Assembly: GCA_016748015.1 (NCBI GenBank)
Contig: JAAOMT010000072.1
Coordinates: 73,012-137,011 of the forward strand
Origin: Geosiphon pyriformis uo1
Taxonomy: Eukaryota; Fungi; Glomeromycota
Reading direction: 5' to 3'
Length of the DNA stretch: 64,000 nucleotides
Part shown: positions 37,228-50,019 of the stretch, in pieces
Layout of the letters: each line of letters starts with the position of its first letter
Position numbering within the stretch: the stretch's first letter is position 1
Position numbers and translations under genes: made by a program
Notes under the pieces: model-generated
Told to the model about the DNA's origin: nothing
The model's database searches: none
What the model saw: the letters and a program-made list of their open reading frames with translations, nothing else

Positions 37228-39071
37228 ATGAGTGGTACTGGTGCTAAAAAAAGGTTGACCAGAGTTCCAACTTCTGGTTCAGTTGGTAGTAGTTCAGGTC
37301 ATAAGATTATGAAACCTCTCAGTAGTGCTAAGCTATCAAATAGTGGTGTGACTCTCAAAGGTAGTGGGTCTGATTAAGTGGTTAGATGGTTTAATAGCAT
37401 GGATACTAATGGGGATGCTTCCAAAGGTGAAGAAGTATCTGATTCCAAGATGAATACACCTCAAGCCAAGCATTTCAATAATGGTGTGATTATTGGCTCC
37501 CCTTTCAGCTCTATTAATTATGACATGGAGGAGGAAGAAGAGATTTTTCTTCCCTCCCATAAGTCTTTCTCTTTGGACAAGGCATGGATTGATCCCAAAA
37601 TCATTAAAACTCAGGTGGAAGTAGCTGTGAAAAAATCTTTTGCTCTGAACATCAATCTTTTGGCTGTAGAAGGGAAATCGGCAATGGCCAAAACTCAGGT
37701 CATAAGAAAATTATTTTCAAGAATCAATGGTTTTGGAGGGGTCACTATCCTTTCAAAATTTGAAGTAATCATCAGATCTACCTTCACCTCTGAAGCAAGC
37801 ATAGAAAAGACCACCTCATTGGCCAAAGATAACAATATTATTGTAAACACTAATCTCAAGAGACAAGGAGTGCATTCAGATCAGGCTATGGTGATCAAAG
37901 AAATTCCCATGAACAGCCTAAAAAAATGATCATCGCCACAGTAGCTGAGTTTGAAGAAATTAAGTTGATCAAAATCCAGTTAATTGGCCTATGGCAAAAG
38001 ACTGTGGTGGAATTTACTGAATTAGAACAGGCTGTGTCTTTGGCTACTAAGTGGTCCTTTCTGATTGGTAAAGATTCTGTCTGTGTTGCTATGGCAGTGG
38101 AAGATCATGATACTTGGACATCTAAAGATCAATTCAGGATGCTTTTGTTTATCTTGCTTGTGAGAACAACTGCCCATGATCTCAGTGTTTTATTGGATGG
38201 GGCTGGTGGGAAAACTTGCATTATCAACCATTCCTTGGAGACTGGAAATAGGTTTTGTTGTGCTGTGGTTGGCTTTGAGTCTGATAAAATGCTAGAGTCT
38301 GCTTTTCACATGGAACCAATCCTTGGTGGTATGAAGCTTTCTTGGGCTAGATTGGATCTGGTTCAGTGTAAGCAGTGTGGGAAATTCAGTCATTCTGCTT
38401 TGGAGTGTGATGCTGAGGTCGCTTCTACTTCTAAATCTTCCAAGTCTTTTAAAAGAGTTGTTTTTGATGAAAACTGTCTCCAGTTGGCCTGATTGTATGC
38501 AAAAAAAGGTGTGCTTATTTCTTGACTGGTTGCTTTTGGTGGTAAATTATGGGCCCAAGTGGTCTTTCTTGCACTCTCATCTAATAATCCTTACTTTGGT
38601 TTTGATCCTAGTTTTGGCTTCTTCTCTTCTGGTGTCTTGGGTGTAATTGGTCCCTCTCCTCATATGGTTCTTGCTGGTACATTTTTGAAGGCTCGTCTTG
38701 GTTTTTTGGAGTGTTCTGTGGAGCTTCTTGTGGATAAAATGTTTGGTATTGTAAGCAAACTTGAAAACTTGGTTGTGGTGCCCCCAGCTCTTACCTCCTC
38801 TTCTCAGAATTTGGTGGTCCCAGTTGTGGCAAATGTGGAGGTTGATTCGGACATGGCTTTGAATGTTCCTAAGCCAGTACTTCTTCCCTTCTCTTTGGTT
38901 TTTTCTAGTACTTCAGATTTAGGTTTAAGTAGTTCAAAAATTTTGATCTCAAAAATGGGCTGTTTGGAGTCAAAGTTGATGGCTCTCGAAACTTCGGTTT
39001 GTTTGGTTTTGGAGAAGTTAGATTAAATGTATACTGGCTCAGATTCTGCAGTTTTTTCTTTATTTTAATAA
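37228..39071 (+). pseudogene. LINE ORF1 (RRM-like + zinc knuckle + coiled C-terminus)
   Basis: CKQCGKFSHSALEC knuckle, 'VIKEIP..KTVVEF' RRM-like segment. Stops and one frameshift. Confidence 0.85.
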
Positions 39072-42000
39072 GTAGTTTCGTGTGGAGAATTGCGACATGC
39101 AATGTCAGAGGGATGAACAATCCTGCTAAGCAAGCCAATGTTATTTGTTGGCACAAAGATATGAACAATGTGATTTCTATAGTTACTGAGATGAAGTTAA
39201 AGTGTAAGGTTCACCCTTGGATTGCTAATAGATTTTCTGATGTGGATGTTTTCGTCTCTGGCTTAGATTTGGGTTATCTCGGTTCTGGTGTAGCTATTAT
39301 TATGGATGTTGCTTTGGCCAAACATGTGTATAGGATTTCTGAAGTTCCTTGTTGTCTTTTTGCTATTAAGCTGCTTTTCAAGAACAAACTTTCTGTTTCC
39401 ATTTTAGGTCTGTATGCTGGTGCATCTGCGTCAATGTGTTTCTTACAAGCTAAGGAAATAAATGTTTTGATTGCTGGTGCTGTGAATAAATCTTCTTTCG
39501 TGATTTTGGGCAGTGACTTCAACAAGGATGGTTCTTGTAAAAGTGCCAGCTTCAAGAGGTGTGGTGCATTAGGCCTGGTTAACTCTCTTGTCAATAGTGT
39601 ATTTTTAAAAGCTCCAACATGGAGTAATTCACGAGGTGTGGTGAAAACAATTAACTATCTGTTTGTGTCTCCCAATTTGGTCAATGCTATAGTGGATTGC
39701 AGTGTCCTAGATGTTAGTAGATTCTTTGATACTGACCACCAGTCTGTCTTGGTGTCGGTCGGCTTGGGTAGATTGTTGGACACGCATTTGTGTTTGCTTT
39801 GCAAGCAGGCCAATAAGGACCACTGGAAGTATAATTTCAAAAATGCTGATGCCGCTTTATAATCAAAGTTCAAAGAAGCTACAGTGGTGAATACTGCCTT
39901 GTTTGTTGGTGGTTTCTTGGAAGCCAAAGAGCACTCGGACTTAGATGCTATGTGAGATGCTATTCATAGAACAATGTGTTTTTCAGCTAATAAGGTGTTT
40001 AAAAAAAAATGGTTCAAGGAATATGATGGAGTTTTTACCAAATGTTCATCTAGATTCCATAAGTTGAAGCTTCTGGTTTTTAAGTTGGTTAAAGCTTCCC
40101 ATTTGGTTGATTATGATGAGTTTGTTTCACTGCTTGATACCTGGGGTTCTTTTGATTCTGTTAATGCATTTGTGGTAAGGTCTTTCTTTCTTTCAGAGTC
40201 TCTTTTTGACAGCATCTGTTCAGCTTTGTCCAAAGTCAGAAAATCCTATCATGCATTGAAATTGTTGAAATCAAAACGCGCTGAGAATTCTCAGATTAGG
40301 TCAGCTATTAATAAAAGGATGAAAAGTTTCGAATTAAACAAAGGCCATACTATCAGGAGTGTTCTAGAACAACCTTTTTGCAAGGTAGTGTTGAATCATC
40401 TGGTTGTTGGGGATGAGATAATTTTGGAGCCTAATCCTGTCAAATCTAAGGTGGATGAGATCATGAAGGGTTGGACATGGAGACATGGTGTAGTTCTGGA
40501 TGTTAATAATGAATGGTCTCATCAATATTGACCATTGGAATATGTTTTTAATGATGCTTTTACTAACACTATGGCTGTGTAAGCTTTAATGATTTGTTTA
40601 GTGTGGTTTCTGACCTGCCTAATGGTAAAGCTGCTGGACTCTCGGGCATCTCTAATGAACTGTAGAAAAATTGTGACAAATCTGTTTTCGATATGCTCTT
40701 AGTGCTTATTAATTTCTGTCTCTTAAGTGAATTGGTATCTAGTGCTTGGAAGGAGGCATGAGTATCAATGATTCCTAAACCACATAAATGAGAGGGAGTT
40801 CTTATGAATACTTGTCCTATCACCTTGATTAAGATAGCTCATAAAATTCTCTCCAAAATTCTCTCTGATAGGATCTCGTTAGTATGCAGCAAGTTTGACG
40901 TTCTCTATGGGGACAATTTTTCTATTCTCAAGAGTACTACAATGCAGTCTTCTATCTTTGCTGTAGGTTTGGTGGTTGAAAATGCTCTGGAAAAAAACCA
41001 GGAGCTCTGGCTAGTTTTGCAAGACATGAGAAAGGCATATAATTTTGTTGGTTGGGAGCATCTTGAAAAGAGTCTGGTTAGAATCAAAATGTGTGGCAGT
41101 TTCATCCGTTTCTTTAAGGGTATTCACAAGAGTCATACCAATTGAATCATAACTGATTTCGGTTTGACTAATGGCTACCATGTCCATAATAGTTTGGATC
41201 AAGGCGAAGTTTTCTCTCTTCTTTTGTGACATATTTTTTATGACTCTCTTTTATGCGAAGTCAAGAGACAGGAGAGTATATGTGAATACAGATTAGTGTC
41301 CCATTACATATTGAAAAATGGTCATGCTGAGTCTCAGGCTGGCCTCTCTTCTTTTCTTGCTGCCAGTGCCTATGTTGATGATACAATATAGGTTGGAAGC
41401 AGCCAAACTGCTACTCAGCATATTCTAGACATGGCTAGTAAGTTTTACTGGATCAATGACATCTCTATTAACAATGATAAAACTGTGGCTATTCCAATCA
41501 ACTGCCGTGTCAATAGACCTTTTCTTTTCATCAATGAGATGCCAATTACCATTGCCAAAAAAGAAGAGTCCCATTGTTATCTGGGTATCTTCTTTTTGAC
41601 TGAGAATCTCTCGAAGCCCAGTCTGGCGAAGACTTATTTGGATGTTCATTTTTTTTCTAACATGGTGCTCAAAAAGGCTGTCTCTGATAAACAATTTTTA
41701 TATTTGGTGTCTGCTGTTCTGTGTTCTATTGTCAACTTTAGAACACAGTTTAGTTTTATTCTGGTTGGAGTGTGTCACAAGTGGGATGCTTTAATTAGAA
41801 AGGGCTTAAAGTTGAAATTAGGTTTACCATCTGACTTTTCTAGTGATATAATACACCACCTGTCTTTCTATGGTTTAAAATCCTTCATCCAAATACAGTC
41901 AGAAGGCAAGGTGGCATCCCTTATTTGTTTTGTAAACTCTGGTGGTGTTTTGGGTTATTTATTTTTTCACAGGTCCCATGACTTGCAAGTTTTGTGTTGG

Positions 42001-43755
42001 TGTCCTGTTCATTTTTTGTGCTTTTCAGTTCGTGTTCATATTAGTCCTTCCAATAACTTCCTTGCAGGCTTGATTTGCATTCTTCTTGAAAATAATTTAT
42101 CTTTGGGTGGTTATTTGGGCAACTCTTTTCTGTCTCATGGTGGGGTACCAATGTCTGTTGTTTTTGATGAATCAAGATTTTTCAAGTTTCTTCCTTCTTT
42201 CCAGTGGCATGGCATTGCCTTTGTGGACCAAATCTGTGATTGCCATGGTTTTGTTTTTGATTGGCTTATCTTCAGGTGGTAGAAGAGGCTGGACTCACAT
42301 GGTCTTGTTCCTGAGTGGTTTTGGCTTTCGACTGTGTTTATCAATAATGTGGCATCTCTTCTTCCACATCCTTCTACCTTAGATGCTGTTGGTCTTTCTA
42401 GTATTGTCTCTTCTTAAAGTTTCAATTTTATTCATAGTCAACTCTCCCTTGTTGTTGCTAATGCTATTTCAGTGTACATGAATGGGTCTTTTAAGAGCTT
42501 AGACACATCTGGCTGTAGAGCTGGTGCTGGAATTTTTTTTAAAAACATTGGTTTGGGGTTGGGGGTTAGTGTTTCAGGTTCAATGTCGTCAACTTTGGCT
42601 GAGATGCAGGCCATTGTTTTGGCTCTGGAATGTGTTCCTCCTTCCGGTTCCATTCATTTGTTTTCTGACAGTCAATCTGCTTTAGACATGTGTAAGTCAG
42701 AACTTGGTTTGATATGTCCAGATTTTTGCAATCAGTGTTGGGTTGAATGTTGGCACATTGTGAACATTATTTGAAAGAATAATTTGAGGGTGAATTGGTG
42801 CAAGATGAAGGGCCACTCTGGAGTTCTGGAAAATAACCGAGCTGATATGATTGCTGATGCTGTCTCTTTTTCTGCCTGGTGCCTTCCTCCATGCTTGAAT
42901 GAACGTTTCTTAGTAGCTGATAGTGGTGTTGTCTCTGCCAACTCTAAACACTTTGTTCGAGATATTTTTTGTTCTATTAATTGTGCTCACTGGGAGGTTG
43001 GGTTAGGTTCAAAATTCTTGCTAAATAGTTTATTTTCTGATGTTGATTGGCATTGCTCCTCATTAGTATGGCATTCTGATTTGCACATGGTCTTTGGGTT
43101 TACTAACAAGTCTTCGATAGATATCTGCACTTATTTTATAAAAGCTCTGCACCACCAACTACCAGTGGCCATTCGAAAGCATCTCTATAACAGGCGTTAC
43201 CCCAGTGTGTTGTGTTTACATTGTGGTGAAGTGGAGGTGTTGGATCATGTTTTCATCTGTAAATTCGATCATGATGCTCGTTGCCAAATTTTGGACTCCC
43301 ACGTGAGCTCTTGGAGTGCACTTTCTGGTTTATCTATTTCTTCTTCTGGTGTTTTGCAGTTGTTGTCTACTTATGTCTCTGATGTTTCTGTGTTTACAGC
43401 CCTGTTTAAGGGTTTTGTTTTTGATGGTTGGTATTGTGAAGCCATTTTCTTTTGTTCTAATCCCAAGCTTGCTTGCTCGAAGGTTGTTGAATTTGTTTGG
43501 TCTTTTGGCACTGCTTTCAGAACTGAAGTTTGGTTGGTTCATATTAAATATCATGCATTTATAGAGAAGAATGGCCATATTTTATCGGATGGGTCAGTTC
43601 CTGTCCCGATTTCTGGTCTGGGTTCTAATTTCTCTGCTGGGATAGTCAGGTTGCTGGGTGTTGCTAAAGCTATTAGTGTTCATTTTGGATATCATAAACA
43701 GTATGTGTTTTTTTCTGGTGTTAATAATTCTGTTGTAGTTCACATAAACATATAG
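39068..43755 (+). pseudogene. LINE ORF2 (APE endonuclease-RT-RNase H-CCHC)
   Basis: IATCNVRG, GSDFN, TDHQ; PITL, QDMRKAY, QGE, AYVDD; RNase H AEMQA, FSDSQ, KGHSG..N..AD; CLHC..H...C. Confidence 0.93.
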
Positions 43756-43905
43756 TGTTGTCCTGATTGGCTTGAGTGGCTGGTCACATGTGGAAATACA
43801 CATGATTCACACCTAGTTTAGATTATTTCTATGATGTATTGTTCTAGGCAGTGTTTGAACCTCACTCATAAAACGTTAATAAAAATAAAATAAAATAACA
43901 TTAAA

Positions 43906-45440
43906 TACTGTATATGAAACATTAATAGCTAATTGGAATTATTTATTAAAGTTAAAATAAGCAAAAATTGAAGTTGTTATTAATTTTTCTTTGAATATAT
44001 TAAAAGTTTTTTGTTGCTTTGTAGTTTATTAATATTAAATATTTTTGTTAGTAAAATAATTAAGTGGTTTGGCAATTTTGAAAAAATTTTTAATAAATTT
44101 CTGATAGTAAGAGACTAATTTTATAAATTTTTTTAATTTTATAGTGTTTTAAAAAACTTGGAAATTTTTTACAATACTAATTATTTTTGAATTAGGTAAG
44201 ACTTTATTTTTGTTAACAATATAACCAAAAAAGATCAAGCTTGTTTTTTTAAAATAATATTTTTTAATATTAAAAAACTTCTTGCAAATAAATTAAATAA
44301 ACTTCAAAAATTAACAAATAAATATTAATATTATCAAAATAAACAACTACTAATTGTCATAAAAATTTTTCATAAACAATATTTATAAGCCATTAAAATA
44401 TTGCTGGTGTATTATAAAATCCAAAAAACATTATATTAAATTTGTAGTTTTTTTCTTAAGTAATAAATGCTGTTTTTAGATGGTTTTTTGGATTTATTTT
44501 AACTTGTTAATATCTATTTTCCAAGTTTAAAGTTAAGAAATACTTGGCTTTTCTTAGAACATTTAACATATTGTTAATTCTTAATAAAAAATAAATATTT
44601 TTAATAATAATACTATTTAATTGATAATAGTTAACACAAAATTGGATTTTCTTATTTTTTTAACTAAAACAACTAATAAGGCCCATTGGCTTTTTGATAA
44701 TTAAATAAGTCTATTATTTAATATTTGTTGAATTTTTTCTCTAATAAACTGATAACTGATTAGTAGAATTCAGTAAGTTTGTTAATCTTTTAGTTTAGTA
44801 TTATTAGTATAAATTTGATGTTAAACAATATTTGTTTTTCTCAAATTATTATTGTTTTTGGTAAAAATATTAGCATATTCTACAATTAGTTATTTGAATT
44901 GTTTTTGTTATTGTGGTTTTAAGAGATTTATATTAATTTGAAAATTTTTTTTTTTAATGATGTAATAATTTTTGATAGTAAGAATACTATTTGGGTTTGG
45001 AAAAAAAATTTGTTGAATAGTAATTGGTTTTGAATAGATGTAAATTTTTTGATATTTTTCAAACAGTAAAATAGTAATTAGTTAAAAAAATCAAAAAATC
45101 TGGTAAGATTTATTTTGTGTATTAAGAGTAATATTAACTAAAACTGTAAATTGTCCAGTTGAACCAAAACCTTGTGTTTTTTTGTTACTTTTGTTTAATT
45201 GTTTTTGATCAAATGATTGTAAATCCAAGATATTGATTAAGAGTAAATAAATTGCTTGTACAATTTTCTTGACATGCTTAATTTTGAATAGTTTATTGGT
45301 TTTATTTTGTAACATGATAGTAATATTTTTAGTGTATCTTTCATTAATTACTCCTTTTCTAATGTTGATTCCTTTGCAATTTGAATTATTGCTTCTGATA
45401 AAATTTTGAAAGCAATTTTAAAATTGATTTTTGTTAAAAA
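43906..45440 (-). pseudogene. 5'-truncated remainder of element D (dUTPase + RT)
   Basis: 'KKIVQAIYL..QGFGSTG' in ORF 45091-45315. Decayed RT downstream. Confidence 0.8.
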
Positions 45441-45683
45441 CTTTAAAAAGTGAAATTTCAAACAAATTAAATTTTATTTTCAAGTACTAATAAAACCAAA
45501 AAACGCCATTAAAACCAAACTTAAGTCTAATGAGAATCCCTTTCGCACACATATTGAAGGAACAATTCTTTTAAAGTATAAACAGATCCGAAATTAGAAA
45601 AATGTTCAACATTTCATACAATGAACGAGTGGTCGTCCACCGAACTACTCATCAATTATCAAGGTCTTCACATTCACTCCTAT

Positions 45684-46160
45684 TTAGAAGGCGAAAACAG
45701 CAGTAATCAAAGTAGCAGCAAGCATACCAAATACTTCATAAGCAAAATGATGCTCAGCGGTGATGCCGGAAGCAGCATTTTGAGTTGAGGAAGTTGAACT
45801 AGCGCTAGTTGATGAACTTTTTTCAGAGGTTGGAGAACCACTTGTGGAAGTAGAGGTTGAGGAAGTTGCAGAACTTGAATTAGGTCCAGAGGTCCCATTT
45901 GAAGTGCTGTTGCTGCTTGAGTTACTGTCAGAGCCGAGTTTAGACGGAGCAGAGTTTCCATTGTCTGTATTACTCCCACTTGGGGCATCGTTGTTACCGA
46001 AGCCGTTACCATGTCCATCACCTACGTTGCCATTTCCATTACTGTTACCACTTGCTCGTTTGAATAGTTCGGTATTAGCCGTTACGCTTGAGCTGAGAAG
46101 TGATAAGACAATGAGAGTAAGGTAAGTAACCACAGTGAGGTAAAGAAGTTTTCGCGCCAT
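45684..46160 (-). CDS. Secreted Ser/Thr/Gly/Asn-rich protein, probably GPI-anchored cell-surface protein (158 aa)
   Basis: Intact ORF with AAA-ATG-G context. Hydrophobic signal peptide, KR dibasic site, low-complexity S/T stalk, omega-like N-A-A, hydrophobic C-terminal tail. Normal CpG content. Confidence 0.88.
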   Translation of the reverse strand: MARKLLYLTVVTYLTLIVLSLLSSSVTANTELFKRASGNSNGNGNVGDGHGNGFGNNDAPSGSNTDNGNSAPSKLGSDSNSSSNSTSNGTSGPNSSSATSSTSTSTSGSPTSEKSSSTSASSTSSTQNAASGITAEHHFAYEVFGMLAATLITAVFAF

Positions 46161-46960
46161 TTTTGTGAATAAAAGAATTCAGAAATCGTTGTGTTTAGGG
46201 ATGCGTTTGAGAACAGTTTGTCAATTTAAGTCATTTTGGTCGGTTCATTGGTACACAAGTTTTTTCTCATGAGGATATTTATTTTCTTCAAGTCTTGTAT
46301 CAGGTTTCTTCGGTATTAAGCCCTGAAAAAGACTCTTTGATGAGTGGCAGTGCTATAGGTGAAAGACTTTAAATTAGGCATGGCTGTGCAAATTGTGCTC
46401 TTCTTTATCAATTGAAAATTATGCATTTACTTTGTTTAAAATACCCTTGATTTCCCATTTAGTGGGGAAAGTACATGTCTAACTTCTTTTTTTATTTCCA
46501 CCATACAAATTAGTTTAATATCTCAAAATCGAATAGAAGAAATTCGCAATTCGATTTGATTGTGCCATGCAAAGCCACAGTATAAGCAATAGGAAATTGA
46601 CTATTCCGTTTAAAGCAAAAATTAAGCCTTGCTACACAGCTTCCTTGTAATGGCACCAAGTGATTAGGGGGTTCTCTAAAGCCGTAGTCAATACATGAGA
46701 ATTTGGGGACTTTTTGCATCATATAAGTAATGGCGCTTTTTTATTCAATGTGAACGAGCCGTTCGACGGTTTCGAATCTTTGGGACGTCTGGAAGGTTTG
46801 GTCATATGGTTCTGCGAAAATCAAAATTCACATTTTTGCTTACAGCATGTGACAAAAAAACTTAACGATCAACAGACAAAAGTGCTACATGTAAAAGTTT
46901 TTCCAAAGCGGAATTAAACTGCCACTTTGTACACAGAGATAAATCTGTAATGACCATGGT
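46161..46960 (-). promoter_or_regulatory. Probable 5' UTR/promoter of the host gene
   Basis: Unique, CpG-retaining sequence upstream of the ATG, bounded sharply by extremely AT-rich DNA. Confidence 0.5.
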
Positions 46961-48469
46961 TTTAGTAAATCTTCTGATTAGGACTTTTTAGTAATTATCT
47001 TTGTAAAAAACACATGGCAAAAAAATTCCTAAAATGGGTTTTTATAAATATTTGTTGATTAATATTAATAACTAAATTTATTTTAAGATCTGAAAAATAT
47101 TTTTAATAATTTTTCAAAAAAAAATATTAATTGTTTTTAATAAATTAATTATAACATTTATAATAATTTAATTAAAAAAATACAAATTTTATATTCAAAT
47201 TTTTTATTATTTTACTTTATTATTTAATTTTTTTTGTCTTTTTATATTTATATTTAAAATAAATAATAATAAAAAAACAATTTTTTTGTTGTTTTTAATA
47301 ATTCTAATATTTAAAAATTTTTCTTAAAAGTAAAACAATTAAACAATATTTTTTTAAATAAATTTTTTAAATAACAAAAACATAAAACAGTTATTAACTG
47401 TTAAAAACCCATTTTTTTTAGTTTTAAGTATAAGTATTTTATTTAAAATTTTTTTAAATAATTAATTAAAACTATTTTAAATATAAATATTATTATTATA
47501 AAAAAATTTTAACCTTTTAACAAAAAACTGGTAATAATTGTTTTTTTTTTATTATGCTTTACAAATAAAGTCTAAATGCTACTTAGTAATAATTATTTAA
47601 ATAGCCAAAAAAATTAAAAAAAATTTTTATTTATTTATTATTAATACAATTAATTCTTAATATTACATTAAATTTTTAGATATTTAAATAATTATTTTTG
47701 TTTGTATTATTAACAGTAAATTTTTTTAAAAATAAAAAAATATATAAAAATTAGTAATTTAAAAATAATTTTAATTAAAAATTTTTTATTATTATTTTTA
47801 ATAAGTATAATTCAACTATTACTTATAGTAATACAATTATAAAATTTTTTAAATTAAGCATAATTTATGTATTTCTTATATATAACCAATTATTTGAGTT
47901 AATTAAAATAATATTACAAGCTTATATTATAAAAAACACAAATATTATCACAAAATTTTAAAGATATTAAAGATAAAAAACATCAAAACCAAAATTAATT
48001 AAAATATTATAAATAAAACTAAATTCGCAAATATTTACAATAAAGTTATATAATAATAATATCAAAAAACACCAAATTATCTATAGATATCAAATTATTA
48101 AATTTATAAAATTTTTTTAAGCTAATATTTAAAAACCAAATATTTGATTTATAATAAATTATTATACTATATACAAAATTAACAATATTTATAACAGTTT
48201 CTGATTTTTTAACAAATATTTTAATAGTTTTTAAAGCCTAATTTTTTAGAATAAAATTTTTATTCATAGTTATATATAAATAATTATTAACTTTTATTTT
48301 ATATAATTAATAGGTTAAATAAGCTATATTATTTAATTAAAACATTATTAATATTATTATTTTTAACAACAAAATTTGATTTACAAAAAAATATAATCAA
48401 AATTTTTAAACAAACTACTATTATTCATATAAAAAACAGAAAAATAAAAATAAAATAAATGATTAATAA

Positions 48470-50019
48470 CAAGATAAAAAATTATTAGAGCATATAATAT
48501 CAGAAATTTCAAAAATTTCAGAAATATTAACAGAAATTTTAGAATTATTAAGAATTTCAATAATAATTTAAAATTTTTTTAGAAATTTCAGAAATTTTAT
48601 ATTATAAAAATTTATATATATATATAATAAAAATATTAGAAACTAAAAAAAAATACTTAAAAATCAGACAAATTTACTTTAATTAAACTATAGTTATTTT
48701 AATAAATATATTAATTTATTATACTTAATTTAATTAATTAATGAATTTAGATTTATTTTATTAAAATTCCAATATTGTTTATATTAATAATATTAATATT
48801 AATAATATTAATTTAATAATACTAAAATAATAACTTTTAATTATGACTATTAATAAGATATTAATTTTTATTTTTATTTATTTATTTATTTTTTATTGTT
48901 TTTTTGTTTGATTAATTAATTAAAAAAAAGTACAGAAATTACAATATTAAGAATTGTTTAAAAAAAAGTATAAATATAGTTATAAGAACTTAAATTATTT
49001 ACCAAAAGAGTATAACTATTAGAATAAACTAGTTATTATGTTAAAAAAAGCATACATTAATTATTAATTATAACTATATTAAATTTTTGTTTATTAGATA
49101 AAAAACTTTATATATAAAACTTTTAGATTATAGTAGTAACTAATCTAAACACCAAATTACAAAATTACTTAAACCATCTAAAAAATTTATCCATAATATT
49201 TAGTGCTTTTTGTAAAATATAAATTATAGAAAACAAAATATTAAAAAATAAAAACTAATAAAAGTAACAAAATTAAAATTTACAGAAATCAATTACTTGA
49301 AATTTGCAAAATTATTATACAAATATTTTCAAAAAGATTTAAAATTAAATTCCAATTATTTTTTAATAGAATCTATATTTAATTTTTATATTAACAAAAA
49401 AATCAAATATAATATAAAAAATTAGTTAACATAAAAACTGCAAAAGCTAATTTTTGCAAAATTATTAAAAAATATTTCAATTATTATTAATTATACAATT
49501 TTATAACTATATTTGCAAAAATTCATTGAATAATTTATAAATATATTAAAGAAAAATTCTTATTTACTATAATAAATTTTTGATCTAATTTAATAACACA
49601 AATTTTAATATTAATATTCAAAAAAATAATATTACTATTATGTAAAAAATTTTAAGTTATTTTATCATTAAATCTGTTATATTATTATATGCTTAATAAT
49701 ATTATTTGAATCTTATTAAAAACTGTATCTATATTTATAATAAAACCAAAACTTATTTTTTAAAGTTGCTATAAAAACAATCATTGATTAAAAAAATATT
49801 AATGAATTTTAATCAAAATTATTTACACTAGTATTATTATAATTACTATTGTCAAAACTTAATTTTAATTTTTATTATAATTAAAAAAATATTAAATTAG
49901 AAAAAAAAATCAAGATTAAGAAATAATTAAAAAAAATCTGATTTTAAATCTTACTATATTTCAAACTCTAACAATTTAAAATTTAGAATTTGTTTAAAAT
50001 TTAATAAATTTAAATACAT
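48470..50019 (+). mobile_element. Extremely decayed A-like element F: 5' LTR (to 49198), PBS, gag start
   Basis: CAGAAATTTC-like repeats, LTR end CATAATA, PBS relic TTTAGTGCTTTTTGTAAA, gag relic similar to 19975-20130. Left boundary uncertain. Confidence 0.6.

Larger units (their letters stand above)
37096..43890 (+). mobile_element. Full-length non-LTR retrotransposon (LINE) with RNase H, decayed
   Basis: ORF1 + ORF2, A-rich (TAAAA)n tail. ~15-bp TSD TAA(G/A)ATAACATTAAA at 37081-37095 and 43891-43905. Confidence 0.93.

Noticed and set aside
43756-43880. Ribozyme in the LINE 3' UTR
   Set aside because: No intact hammerhead (CUGANGA/GAAA) or HDV core could be identified.
45707-46125. Overlapping and antisense ORFs on the host gene
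   Set aside because: Shadow frames of a low-complexity coding sequence.
46510-46917. Small ORFs upstream of the host gene
   Set aside because: No recognisable motifs, and 46714-46917 lacks an ATG start. Likely non-coding promoter DNA.
46970-48460. Ultra-AT-rich tract as centromere or organellar insert
   Set aside because: Composition matches end-stage decayed transposons nearby. No specific identity could be supported.
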